A DNA stretch of 64,000 nt from a virus. Both the position numbers and the translations under genes were made by a program. The DNA is taken from the IMG/VR virus record IMGVR_UViG_3300035698_018653, positions 32,001 to 96,000 of that record; one strand, given 5' to 3'. Positions 19,153-27,634 of this stretch are shown piece by piece. Positions within the stretch are counted from its first letter, which is position 1, and the number at the start of each line of letters is the position of its first letter. A model generated the notes under the pieces. The model saw only the letters and a program-made list of their open reading frames with translations. It ran no database searches and had not been told where the DNA came from.

Positions 19153-20846
19153 GCAAATCAATAAAAGTATTCCGTAAGGGTAAGCAACCATTAACGCTTA
19201 CCGAGAATCACTATAAGGGTGGTGGTGGAGAGGGAGCAGTATACAAAAGAGATAGATATGCTTATAAAATATATCATGATCCTTCAAAGATGATTTCGGA
19301 AGATAAAATAAAAGAACTTAAAAAGATAAAGAGAAAGAATGTTTTAAATCCTATTGATATTTTATACAATAGCAAAAATAAGCCTATTGGGTTTATGATG
19401 AATTATGTCAAAGATACAGAATATCTTTGTAAATTATTTGTTAAGAACTTTAAAGATCAAAATGGAATTTCAACATCTAATATAACAAATATAGTAATCG
19501 AGATGGAAAAAACATTATCCGATATACATAAATATAATATGCTGGTAGTTGATTATAATGAAATGAATTTTCTGATAGATAAGAAATTTAGTATTCCTTA
19601 TTATATAGATGTAGATTCGTGGCAGACTAAAGATCATAAAGCAAAAGCTTTGATGGAGACAGTTAGGGATAGGGTAACGAAGTATGGAGAGTTTACCGAG
19701 CTGACTGATTGGTTTTCGTTCGCTGTAGTAACGTTCCAGCTTTATACTGGTCTTCACCCTTATAGGGGCGGCAGACACCCTAATTATAAGCCTAGAGACT
19801 GGTCAAAGAGGATGGATGACAACGTATCGGTATTTAATAAAGATGTAGCGCTTCCAAAATTTATACCAAGCTTTTCTTTTATACCAAAGAATTATCTTGC
19901 ATGGTATCAGGAGATATTTGAAAAGAAAGTAAGAAGCGCACCCCCTTCTGTAGCTGGGACAGTTTCTATGCCTTCGATAGTGGTAAAGGTTTCTGGAAAT
20001 GATATATTTGATATTGAGTTATTAGGAAGCTTTACCGGAAATATAAAAGGCGTTTATTATATCGATGGAAATAGATATATAATGACAAATAAGAATGTAT
20101 ATTTTAATACTGACAATAAAACAATATTTACTTTCGGTAGCGATATAAAAAACATAAGGGTGGGAATGGCTTCTATATTTAATGATACATCTCCCGTTAT
20201 CGCATATATAAAAGATACTCAATGTATTTTTCTTGACCTACGGAGAACTTATCAGACCGCTATATTGGCAGATGATTTTATGGAAGCTAACAATGCAATA
20301 TATACGGTACATGGTGGCAAGCTTATAGAGAATACGTTTGAGAAGTTTGGAAAGATAATTCATAAGACCAAGAATGTATGCAATATATATGAGAGCGCAT
20401 ACAAAGTATTTGACAGTATTGTATCTCAAGATATTATGGGTACATGTTGGCTTGCGATTCCGTATGATATAGGTAAATGTGCTCACGTAAGAATGAAAGA
20501 GCTAGACGGATATAGAATTATTGACGCTAAGTATTGTAATCGAACTGCCGTTATTATCGGAGAGAAAGCAGGACTTTATAATCTCTTTACAATATTCTTT
20601 TCTAAAGATGGTCATTCTGTATATGATATAAAGAAAGATGATGTAAGTTATCATTCAATAAATTTTGTAAGAAAAGATGAAGCTTGTGTACTTATAGACA
20701 ATGAAAAGATGACTTTATTTGTTGATAATATAGGCAGGAAGGAACTAAAAAATCCACCACTTGATCTTTCAATGAAAATGTATTGTGAAAATAGCGACGT
20801 TATGTTTGCTAATGAAAATAAACTTTATAAAGTGAGGATGAAATGA
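19131..20846 (+). CDS. Ser/Thr protein kinase (YegI/TerY-P-like) with beta-rich C-terminal domain; likely start ATG 19149
   Basis: GGGGEGAVY, AYKIY, VVDYNEMN, IDVDS, DWFSFAV, GLHPY. Confidence 0.85.
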   Translation: MRNGNVMSKSIKVFRKGKQPLTLTENHYKGGGGEGAVYKRDRYAYKIYHDPSKMISEDKIKELKKIKRKNVLNPIDILYNSKNKPIGFMMNYVKDTEYLCKLFVKNFKDQNGISTSNITNIVIEMEKTLSDIHKYNMLVVDYNEMNFLIDKKFSIPYYIDVDSWQTKDHKAKALMETVRDRVTKYGEFTELTDWFSFAVVTFQLYTGLHPYRGGRHPNYKPRDWSKRMDDNVSVFNKDVALPKFIPSFSFIPKNYLAWYQEIFEKKVRSAPPSVAGTVSMPSIVVKVSGNDIFDIELLGSFTGNIKGVYYIDGNRYIMTNKNVYFNTDNKTIFTFGSDIKNIRVGMASIFNDTSPVIAYIKDTQCIFLDLRRTYQTAILADDFMEANNAIYTVHGGKLIENTFEKFGKIIHKTKNVCNIYESAYKVFDSIVSQDIMGTCWLAIPYDIGKCAHVRMKELDGYRIIDAKYCNRTAVIIGEKAGLYNLFTIFFSKDGHSVYDIKKDDVSYHSINFVRKDEACVLIDNEKMTLFVDNIGRKELKNPPLDLSMKMYCENSDVMFANENKLYKVRMK

Positions 20847-21583
20847 AAACTAAAGATCAAATAGTTTTTTGGCTTAAACAAATGTTAATTAAAACAAAGA
20901 AAGATGGGTATGTAGTGGGTTTAAGTGGCGGTATTGATTCGGCGGTTGTTGCTTGTTTAATAAAGGAAGCCGTTCCTGAAAATAGCCTTGGAATTATAAT
21001 GCCATGTTTAAGCGATATATTAGATAAAAATTATGCAGTAAAATTAGCAAATCAAATAAATTTAAGGTATTCAATAAAAGATTTAGAAAGTACCTATTAT
21101 CATTTTATAGGAGAAATCGAAGGAGATGGATTAAGGTCCGATGGGTATAATACAATGCTTGGCAATATAAAAGCAAGATTAAGGATGACAACATTATATC
21201 ACACCGCTTCTCTACATAATTATCTTGTGGTTGGCACCTCTAATAAAACAGAAATTTATCTTGGTTATTATACTAAGTATGGAGATGGTGGAGTTGACCT
21301 TGAGCCGATAGGGGATTTATTAAAGAGAGAAGTATATGAACTTGGTAATTATTTTAATATACCTCCCGAAATACAAATAAGAAAACCTTCTGCTGGATTA
21401 TGGGAAGGACAAACAGATGAAGATGAGTTAGGCTTAAGTTATGAGATAATGGATAAGTTTGTAGAGAAACATCCAACAAGAGAATTAAAAGAATGTGATA
21501 GTATAAAGCTTTGTAATTTAAGAATGAATTCAATTCATAAAAGAAATACGCCTGAAATTTGTACCATTAAAAAGGAGTTATAA
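20843..21583 (+). CDS. nadE: NH3-dependent NAD+ synthetase
   Basis: LSGGIDS, NIKARLRM, GYYTKYGDG, PSAGLWEGQTDEDELG; no glutaminase domain. Confidence 0.95.
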   Translation: MKTKDQIVFWLKQMLIKTKKDGYVVGLSGGIDSAVVACLIKEAVPENSLGIIMPCLSDILDKNYAVKLANQINLRYSIKDLESTYYHFIGEIEGDGLRSDGYNTMLGNIKARLRMTTLYHTASLHNYLVVGTSNKTEIYLGYYTKYGDGGVDLEPIGDLLKREVYELGNYFNIPPEIQIRKPSAGLWEGQTDEDELGLSYEIMDKFVEKHPTRELKECDSIKLCNLRMNSIHKRNTPEICTIKKEL

Positions 21584-21584
21584 A

Positions 21585-22703
21585 ATGATTATGCCTGATG
21601 ATCACAAACCGTATATTGATTTATATTTCTTAAGGGCAAAAGAGATACTACAGAAGGAGGGATTAAACCCAATAGTAAGGGCTAAAGTATTTATTAGAAA
21701 AGTAAAAGATGGAAGTAATCAGGTTTATGGAATAAATGAAGCAGTTGATATTATAGATAGATATAGTAATTTATTTAAGAATGGCGGTAAGGTTTATGCT
21801 CTTGCCGAAGGGTCTGAGTATTACTCTAAAGAAACTATTATGATTTTAGAGGGAAGGATACAAGATTTTATTGATTTAGAAACAATGTATTTGGGGGTTA
21901 TTAGCTATAATACAACAATGAAGAATGACAGCAGACATGTTGATATAGATAAAGTAAAAACAAACGCAAAAGAAATAGTTGACGTTGTTGAAGGTAGACC
22001 AATTACGTATATGGGGCCAAGGCACTGGCATTATATTTACGATTATGATATTACAGAAGCCGCTTTAAGTGGTGGATTTACAAATTGTTCTACGTATAAT
22101 GGTTCAAGAGAAAAAGTTGTTGGAACAATTCCCCACGCTCTCGAAAATATTTATGCCTGGAAGTACGGAAAAGAAAATGCAGTATTAACTTCCACACTTG
22201 CTTTTGATAGACATATGAATATAGATATCCCCAGAATAGCGTTAGTTGATTATAACAACCGGGAAATAACAGATTCATTGGTTTGTGCTTATGTTTTAAA
22301 AGATAGACTATCCGGTGTAAGGGTCGACACTTGCGGCGAGAATCACATGGAAGATATTGGCGCTGGCCCTGACGAACTCGCTATTACTAGTGGAGTTTCT
22401 GTAAGGGGAGTATATCAGTTAAGAAAGAAATTAAATGAAGTAGGTTTTAAAAATATTAAAATAACTCTTTCAAGTGGATTTGGAGATATTGAAAAGGTAA
22501 AAAGTTTTATAGAGGCAGAAAAGTATTTTGGGGTTAAGCTATTCGATTCTTTAGGGGTTGGTGGATTGTTCGAATCAAGAATGGCTACCATGGACATATT
22601 TGAAGTGGGGGAAAATCTTAATCGCATGAAATTGATAAGCAAAGAAGGCAGAGAGATAAATGATCCTAGTATTCCTTCAGAATTAAAGGAAGTAAAAATA
22701 TAA
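21585..22703 (+). CDS. pncB: Nicotinate phosphoribosyltransferase (type II PRTase)
   Basis: DLYF, GPRH, GTIPHAL, ALVDYNN, GVRVDT, SSGF. Confidence 0.75.
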   Translation: MIMPDDHKPYIDLYFLRAKEILQKEGLNPIVRAKVFIRKVKDGSNQVYGINEAVDIIDRYSNLFKNGGKVYALAEGSEYYSKETIMILEGRIQDFIDLETMYLGVISYNTTMKNDSRHVDIDKVKTNAKEIVDVVEGRPITYMGPRHWHYIYDYDITEAALSGGFTNCSTYNGSREKVVGTIPHALENIYAWKYGKENAVLTSTLAFDRHMNIDIPRIALVDYNNREITDSLVCAYVLKDRLSGVRVDTCGENHMEDIGAGPDELAITSGVSVRGVYQLRKKLNEVGFKNIKITLSSGFGDIEKVKSFIEAEKYFGVKLFDSLGVGGLFESRMATMDIFEVGENLNRMKLISKEGREINDPSIPSELKEVKI

Positions 22704-22883
22704 GTTTTATGTTACTAAAATATATACATTGTATTATAAATAGAGAATAAAAAATCATGATAGATGACAGAGATTCAAATGAGGATAGTCACGAAGATCA
22801 TAAATCATTTTATAAAAGAATTGGTTTTACTTTTGGTTTAATTTTATTAATTCTATTTATATTAAAAATAACAGGTTGTTAAA

Positions 22884-23291
22884 ATGTCTTTAAAGATTCA
22901 AAGAAAAATAAATAGATGGAATAGAAGTAATGTTAGCTTAAGTGTGCTCTGCCCTTCTGATTTAAAAAAAGATACTCGTATATATAAACCTCAAAAAGCA
23001 ACACTATTAGATAAATGTATTATACCAAAATTAAATTCCTCTTTATTTGATTGGCAGAAGTGGAGAGCAAATTCAATACATTCTCTTGGATTTATAGCAT
23101 GCAGATATAGATTTATAGTTTCTGTTTACGGTAAGTATATATTAAAGAAACATGCTGTTGGATATTGTGAGGGAGAGAATCTTGCATGTCGTCCAAAGCT
23201 TTATGAAATAGCCTTAATGTGTTTTAAAGATGGAGGGGAGTTTTGGTTTCATATGAGAAGCAATGAATTCGAAGAGGTATTTTGTAATTAG
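22884..23291 (+). CDS. Hypothetical phage protein
   Basis: 135-aa ORF with AVGYC...RPK...FWFH. Confidence 0.5.
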   Translation: MSLKIQRKINRWNRSNVSLSVLCPSDLKKDTRIYKPQKATLLDKCIIPKLNSSLFDWQKWRANSIHSLGFIACRYRFIVSVYGKYILKKHAVGYCEGENLACRPKLYEIALMCFKDGGEFWFHMRSNEFEEVFCN

Positions 23292-23304
23292 GAAAAATAT
23301 GAAA

Positions 23305-23377
23305 CGGGGTGTAACTCAGCGGTTAGAGTGCCTGTCTGATATACAGGTGGTCGGTGGTTCAATTCCATCCATCCCGA
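23305..23377 (+). tRNA. tRNA-Ile(GAT)
   Basis: Cloverleaf: acceptor CGGGGTG/CATCCCG, anticodon arm CCTGT-CTGATAT-ACAGG, T-loop TTCAATT; CCA not encoded. Confidence 0.9.
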
Positions 23378-23398
23378 TTATTTTAATGAGGAGTTGAT

Positions 23399-24370
23399 AT
23401 GAAGTTAGAGGATATAGGGTTTTATACATTATCGGATCAGAGGGCAAAGGGGGCTTCCGAAGTTTCTAACTTAAAGCGCTGTGAGCTTATACTTACAGAT
23501 AGATGTAATTTTAAGTGTACTTATTGCCGAGGCATAAAGAAAGAATATCAGGGTGATCTTGACTTTAAAGAAGCAGAAAGAATTGTAAGTTATTGGCTGG
23601 ATAACGAATTAGAGAATATCCGGTTCAGCGGTGGAGAGCCAACACTGTATCAGGGGCTGAATGAGCTTGTTGAGAGGTGTAAATTCTGTGGGGTTAAGAA
23701 TATAGCCGTGTCCACTAATGGATATTCTGAAATGGACGTATATGAAAGATTAATAAAAGATGGAGTAAATGATTTTTCAATATCTTTAGATGCTTGTTGT
23801 TCTGTTATAGGAAACGAAATAAGTAATACTAAGGGTAGCTGGGAGAAAGTTGTTGATAATATAAGGAAGCTTTCAAAGCTAACATATGTTTCTGTCGGTA
23901 TGGTATTTACAGAAGAGAATATTGACTCTTGTGTTGAGAGTGCATTATTTGCAGATGGTCTTGGTGTTTCCGATATTCGTATTATTCCTTCTGCTCAATA
24001 TAACGAAGCTTTAATAATGCTTGCAAAATTACCAGAGGATATATTAAATAAATATCCTATTTTAAAATACAGAATAAACAATATAAGAAACGGAAGACAC
24101 GTAAGGGGAATACAAGAAAGCGATTGTAATAAATGTTGGTTAATGATGGATGATATGGCTGTAATGAAAGGATTTCATTTTCCATGTATTATATATTTAA
24201 GGGAAGGTGGAGAGCCAATAGGGAAGGTGGGCGAGAATTGCAGGAAAGAAAGAGTCAAATGGATAATGGATAACAACACAAAAGAAAATATTATATGTAA
24301 AAATAATTGCCTTGATGTTTGTATTGATTATAATAATAAAGTTGAATCTTTTAACAAGGAGTTAGTATGA
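23399..24370 (+). CDS. Radical SAM enzyme of unknown substrate
   Basis: CNFKCTYC, FSGGEP, STNG, ISLD, Cys-rich C-terminus (possible auxiliary cluster). Confidence 0.9.
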   Translation: MKLEDIGFYTLSDQRAKGASEVSNLKRCELILTDRCNFKCTYCRGIKKEYQGDLDFKEAERIVSYWLDNELENIRFSGGEPTLYQGLNELVERCKFCGVKNIAVSTNGYSEMDVYERLIKDGVNDFSISLDACCSVIGNEISNTKGSWEKVVDNIRKLSKLTYVSVGMVFTEENIDSCVESALFADGLGVSDIRIIPSAQYNEALIMLAKLPEDILNKYPILKYRINNIRNGRHVRGIQESDCNKCWLMMDDMAVMKGFHFPCIIYLREGGEPIGKVGENCRKERVKWIMDNNTKENIICKNNCLDVCIDYNNKVESFNKELV

Positions 24371-24870
24371 AAGATACGATTTTTATTCATTATGGTCATA
24401 ATGAATTTAATAAGAGTAAATTTCAAAATATAAGTAATGATGGTGCTTGGATAAAGCCCAAAGGGGGGCTATGGGGTTCTCCCATTAACTCTAGTTGGGG
24501 TTGGAAAACTTGGTGTAAAGAAAATAATTTTCAAGATGATGATTTTTCTATTTATTTTGAATTTAAATTAAATATAATATATAGCAATGTTCTTGTTATA
24601 AATTCTTATGGCGATATGCTTAAACTTCCTTGGAAAAATGTCAAATACAGTGATAAAATTAAACGTATTGATTTTGAAGAAATAAATCGATGGTATGATG
24701 CTATTTATTTAACAGAAAATGGACAAAGAGAAACACACTTACCTAAATTTACAGTTAAAGACTATAAGATTGATCATTTTAAAAATCTTTACGGGTGGGA
24801 TTGTGAAAGTGTATTAGTTATGAATCCAAATATAATAGAGGAGTTAAAAAATGAAAAGTGTTATAAGTGA
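24367..24870 (+). CDS. Hypothetical protein, possibly ADP-ribosyltransferase-like fold
   Basis: FIHYG, KPKGGLWGSP, YDAI, YGWDCES. Confidence 0.4.
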   Translation: MKDTIFIHYGHNEFNKSKFQNISNDGAWIKPKGGLWGSPINSSWGWKTWCKENNFQDDDFSIYFEFKLNIIYSNVLVINSYGDMLKLPWKNVKYSDKIKRIDFEEINRWYDAIYLTENGQRETHLPKFTVKDYKIDHFKNLYGWDCESVLVMNPNIIEELKNEKCYK

Positions 24871-26071
24871 TGTTGTAAATGGAAGTCATCTTCCAATAAA
24901 ATTATGGTTAGATAAAGACAAGATAGAAGAAAAAGCATTAGAGCAAGCAAAGAATTTAGCAAGACTCCCTTTTGCTTTTCGTCATATAGCAATTATGCCT
25001 GATGCTCATGTTGGTTATGGAATGTGTATTGGCGGTGTCGTAGCATGCAAAGGTGTAATAATTCCCTATGCTGTTGGTTATGATATTTCATGTGGTATGA
25101 TAGCTGTTAAAACTTCTTTAAAAGAAATAGATAAAGAAACCATAAAGAAAATATTTGGAGGAAGTAGTAAGTATAAGGGAGGGATAAGAAGTTGTATTCC
25201 GGTAGGTAGGGGTCATCATAGTAAAGCACAAGATGAAAGATTTATGCCCAGTGAAGAAATGTTTATGCCTGATTTTCATAACGAAAGAAGTATTTGCGAA
25301 GAGCAATATCAATCTGCTAGAAAACAAGTAGGCACTATGGGGTCAAATAATCATTTCATAGAAATACAAAAAGGAGATGATGGATATATTTGGATTATGA
25401 TTCATTCTGGAAGTAGAAATATAGGATATAGAGTTGCTGATCATTATAATAAAATTGCCGTTAAGTTAAATGAAAAATATTATTCTCAAGTTCCTAAGAG
25501 TTGGCAATTAGCTTACCTTCCTTTAGATTCAAAAGAGGGGCAAAGGTATAAAAAAGAAATGGAGTACTGTATCGAGTTCGCTAATTGTAATAGACAATTA
25601 ATGATGGAAAGAGCAAAAGAATGTTTTAATGAAATAGTTCCAGAAGTAGAATTTACAAATATAACAAATATAGATCATAATTATGCTTCTATGGAGAATC
25701 ATTTTGGTGAAAACGTAATGGTTCATAGAAAGGGGGCTACATTAGCGAGAGCAGGAAAGACCGGAATTATACCTGGTAGTATGGGCACGAAAAGTTATAT
25801 AACCGAAGGACTTGGTAATCCAGAAAGTTTTATGAGTTGCTCTCATGGTGCTGGTAGGGTTTTAAGTAGAACTAAGGCAAAGGAAGATTTAAATTTAAAT
25901 GAAGAAAAAAAGAAGATGGACGATAAGGGAATTATACACAGTATAAGAAATATAAAAGATTTAGAAGAAGCGTCATCAGCTTACAAGAATATTGACGAGG
26001 TAATGGAGAATCAAAAAGACCTCGTAAAGATACTAGTAACTTTAAGTCCACTAGCAGTTATAAAAGGCTAA
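24851..26071 (+). CDS. rtcB: RtcB RNA ligase
   Basis: PDAHVG, DISCG, NHFIE, HSGSR, HNY, HRKGA, PGSMG, SHGAGR, AYK, IKG. Confidence 0.95.
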   Translation: MKSVISDVVNGSHLPIKLWLDKDKIEEKALEQAKNLARLPFAFRHIAIMPDAHVGYGMCIGGVVACKGVIIPYAVGYDISCGMIAVKTSLKEIDKETIKKIFGGSSKYKGGIRSCIPVGRGHHSKAQDERFMPSEEMFMPDFHNERSICEEQYQSARKQVGTMGSNNHFIEIQKGDDGYIWIMIHSGSRNIGYRVADHYNKIAVKLNEKYYSQVPKSWQLAYLPLDSKEGQRYKKEMEYCIEFANCNRQLMMERAKECFNEIVPEVEFTNITNIDHNYASMENHFGENVMVHRKGATLARAGKTGIIPGSMGTKSYITEGLGNPESFMSCSHGAGRVLSRTKAKEDLNLNEEKKKMDDKGIIHSIRNIKDLEEASSAYKNIDEVMENQKDLVKILVTLSPLAVIKG

Positions 26072-26095
26072 TGCTAATGAGAACAATAAATAAAT

Positions 26096-26167
26096 TGTCA
26101 GGTACCCAAGTGGTAAGGGGACTGATTGTTAATCAGTTTGTCGCAAGTTCGAATCTTGCCCTGACAG
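26096..26167 (+). tRNA. tRNA-Asn(GTT)
   Basis: Acceptor TGTCAGG/CCTGACA, anticodon arm ACTGA-TTGTTAA-TCAGT, T-loop TTCGAAT, G73. Confidence 0.9.
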
Positions 26168-26175
26168 TAAAAATA

Positions 26176-26249
26176 ACCCGATTGGTCTATTGGATGGGCG
26201 CATGGCTACGGACTATGTTAGAGGGGTTCGATTCCTCTATCGGGTACCA
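26176..26249 (+). tRNA. tRNA-Arg(ACG)
   Basis: Acceptor ACCCGAT/ATCGGGT, anticodon arm CATGG-CTACGGA-CTATG, T-loop TTCGATT, encoded CCA. Confidence 0.85.
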
Positions 26250-26257
26250 AATTTAAT

Positions 26258-26333
26258 CGTGGTGTGGCGAAGCCTGGTTCAACGCACCGGATTTTGGGTC
26301 CGGCACTCGCAGGTTCGAATCCTGTCACTACCG
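26258..26333 (+). tRNA. tRNA-Gln(TTG), atypical
   Basis: Anticodon arm CCGGA-TTTTGGG-TCCGG, T-arm GCAGG-TTCGAAT-CCTGT, acceptor CGTGGTG/CACTACC with C1:C72 mismatch, G73. Confidence 0.75.
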
Positions 26334-26357
26334 AACAATTTAACAGAGGGGGAATAA

Positions 26358-26684
26358 TTGGCAGCACCGAAATCAAAGAATTTTCAAGAAGCGTTTGACC
26401 GCTGTGGTGGTTTTCTTGCGAAACTTGGAACAGATATAGCTTTAATGAAAAATATTGACCGTGCCTTTGAAAAGAATTATGATTTTGTAGAGAAAGATAT
26501 ACCTGTTGATGAGTTAAATAAAGAACAGCTACAGGGCTATTTACAAAAGCACTTAGTTAATATGAGTATGGAGATTAGGCTTGGTATAAGTAATCTGATG
26601 GCGCTCCTCTATCACGTTAAGACCGATAATAAAATTGAGATAGTTAAAGGAAATTTAGAAAACCAAAATTTAAGTGGGAAATAA
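26358..26684 (+). CDS. Hypothetical protein
   Basis: GAGGGGG RBS, TTG start, 108 aa. Confidence 0.5.
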   Translation: MAAPKSKNFQEAFDRCGGFLAKLGTDIALMKNIDRAFEKNYDFVEKDIPVDELNKEQLQGYLQKHLVNMSMEIRLGISNLMALLYHVKTDNKIEIVKGNLENQNLSGK

Positions 26685-26844
26685 AAATGGGTGATCATAT
26701 CCAAGAAATGCTTGCTAAATATTTTAGTAAACTTACGCTTCAAATAGAAAGTGGAAAGTATGGAAATGGAGATCGTGTTGATACAATTGCTTTAAAAAAC
26801 GATGTTGAAGAAAATATAAATACAATAGAGATAGGAGAATAAAG

Positions 26845-27009
26845 ATGGAGAAAGAAAACAATCCAAATAGTTTTAACAAAAAAGAAAAAGAGGAGGGAAA
26901 GGATTTAAAGAAAGAAAATACAGTAACCTGTAATAATTGTAAAGCAAAGTTTGTACTTGAAGGTGAAGAAGATAATTGTCCAAATTGTGGATTAGTGTAT
27001 AGGAGATAA
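26845..27009 (+). CDS. Small Zn-ribbon protein (54 aa, not in ORF track)
   Basis: AGGAG RBS; CNNC...CPNC. Confidence 0.55.
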   Translation: MEKENNPNSFNKKEKEEGKDLKKENTVTCNNCKAKFVLEGEEDNCPNCGLVYRR

Positions 27010-27013
27010 TAAA

Positions 27014-27625
27014 ATGGTTCCAAAAATAAGTAAATGGAAAATAGCGTTTTATATTATTGGTAGTCTTATTGGAATAATAGGAGTTGTTTTTATTCTTGAA
27101 TTAGCAGGACTTGGCTTCATGAAATTCTTTGAACCAAAGAAAGAAAACATTAGGAGGGAAATATTTGAGAATACAAAGTCATACAGTCATGGCAAGATGC
27201 AGGATTTAGCAAAACAGGCACTAAGTGAAGCACAGAGACAAATTGGAATGCCCAATATAGTTAATTTTCAACAAAGAAAATTACTAAAGGGAATTCTTGA
27301 GCTTTGCGACAAAGAGAAACTTATTTGTTTTGCTTATTTGAAAAGTGATTATACCGGTAAATTAATCTTTATTGGAAAATGTATTGGTTACGGAATTCCT
27401 TTTAGTGCTCAGTTTACAAATCCAGATAAAGTTAAAACTGTAGACGGCGGACAATACAGGGCGAGAAACCCATATACGCTTCCGCAAGCAGATCCTAATG
27501 GATTATTTATGCCCACTTCCAGTAGTGCTACCTGGCTTATTATGATTGACCCCAAAACAAGTAAGCCACGAGCAGTATATATTGAACCCGAAATTGTAGT
27601 GTCACCTTTCCCTCTTCATAAATAA
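27014..27625 (+). CDS. Membrane-anchored phage protein, apparent two-gene fusion
   Basis: N-terminal TM plus RREIFENTKSY; C-terminal GMPNI...YGIP...TNP...PQADPNGLF. Confidence 0.55.
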   Translation: MVPKISKWKIAFYIIGSLIGIIGVVFILELAGLGFMKFFEPKKENIRREIFENTKSYSHGKMQDLAKQALSEAQRQIGMPNIVNFQQRKLLKGILELCDKEKLICFAYLKSDYTGKLIFIGKCIGYGIPFSAQFTNPDKVKTVDGGQYRARNPYTLPQADPNGLFMPTSSSATWLIMIDPKTSKPRAVYIEPEIVVSPFPLHK

Positions 27626-27634
27626 GGAATAAAT

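Noticed and set aside
23399-24370. Viperin, MoaA or QueE call for the radical SAM enzyme
   Set aside because: Only the generic CxxxCxxC and GGEP motifs are evident; family-specific motifs and partner genes are missing
26071-26256. 61-aa ORF after rtcB
   Set aside because: It overlaps tRNA-Asn and tRNA-Arg, which explain the sequence
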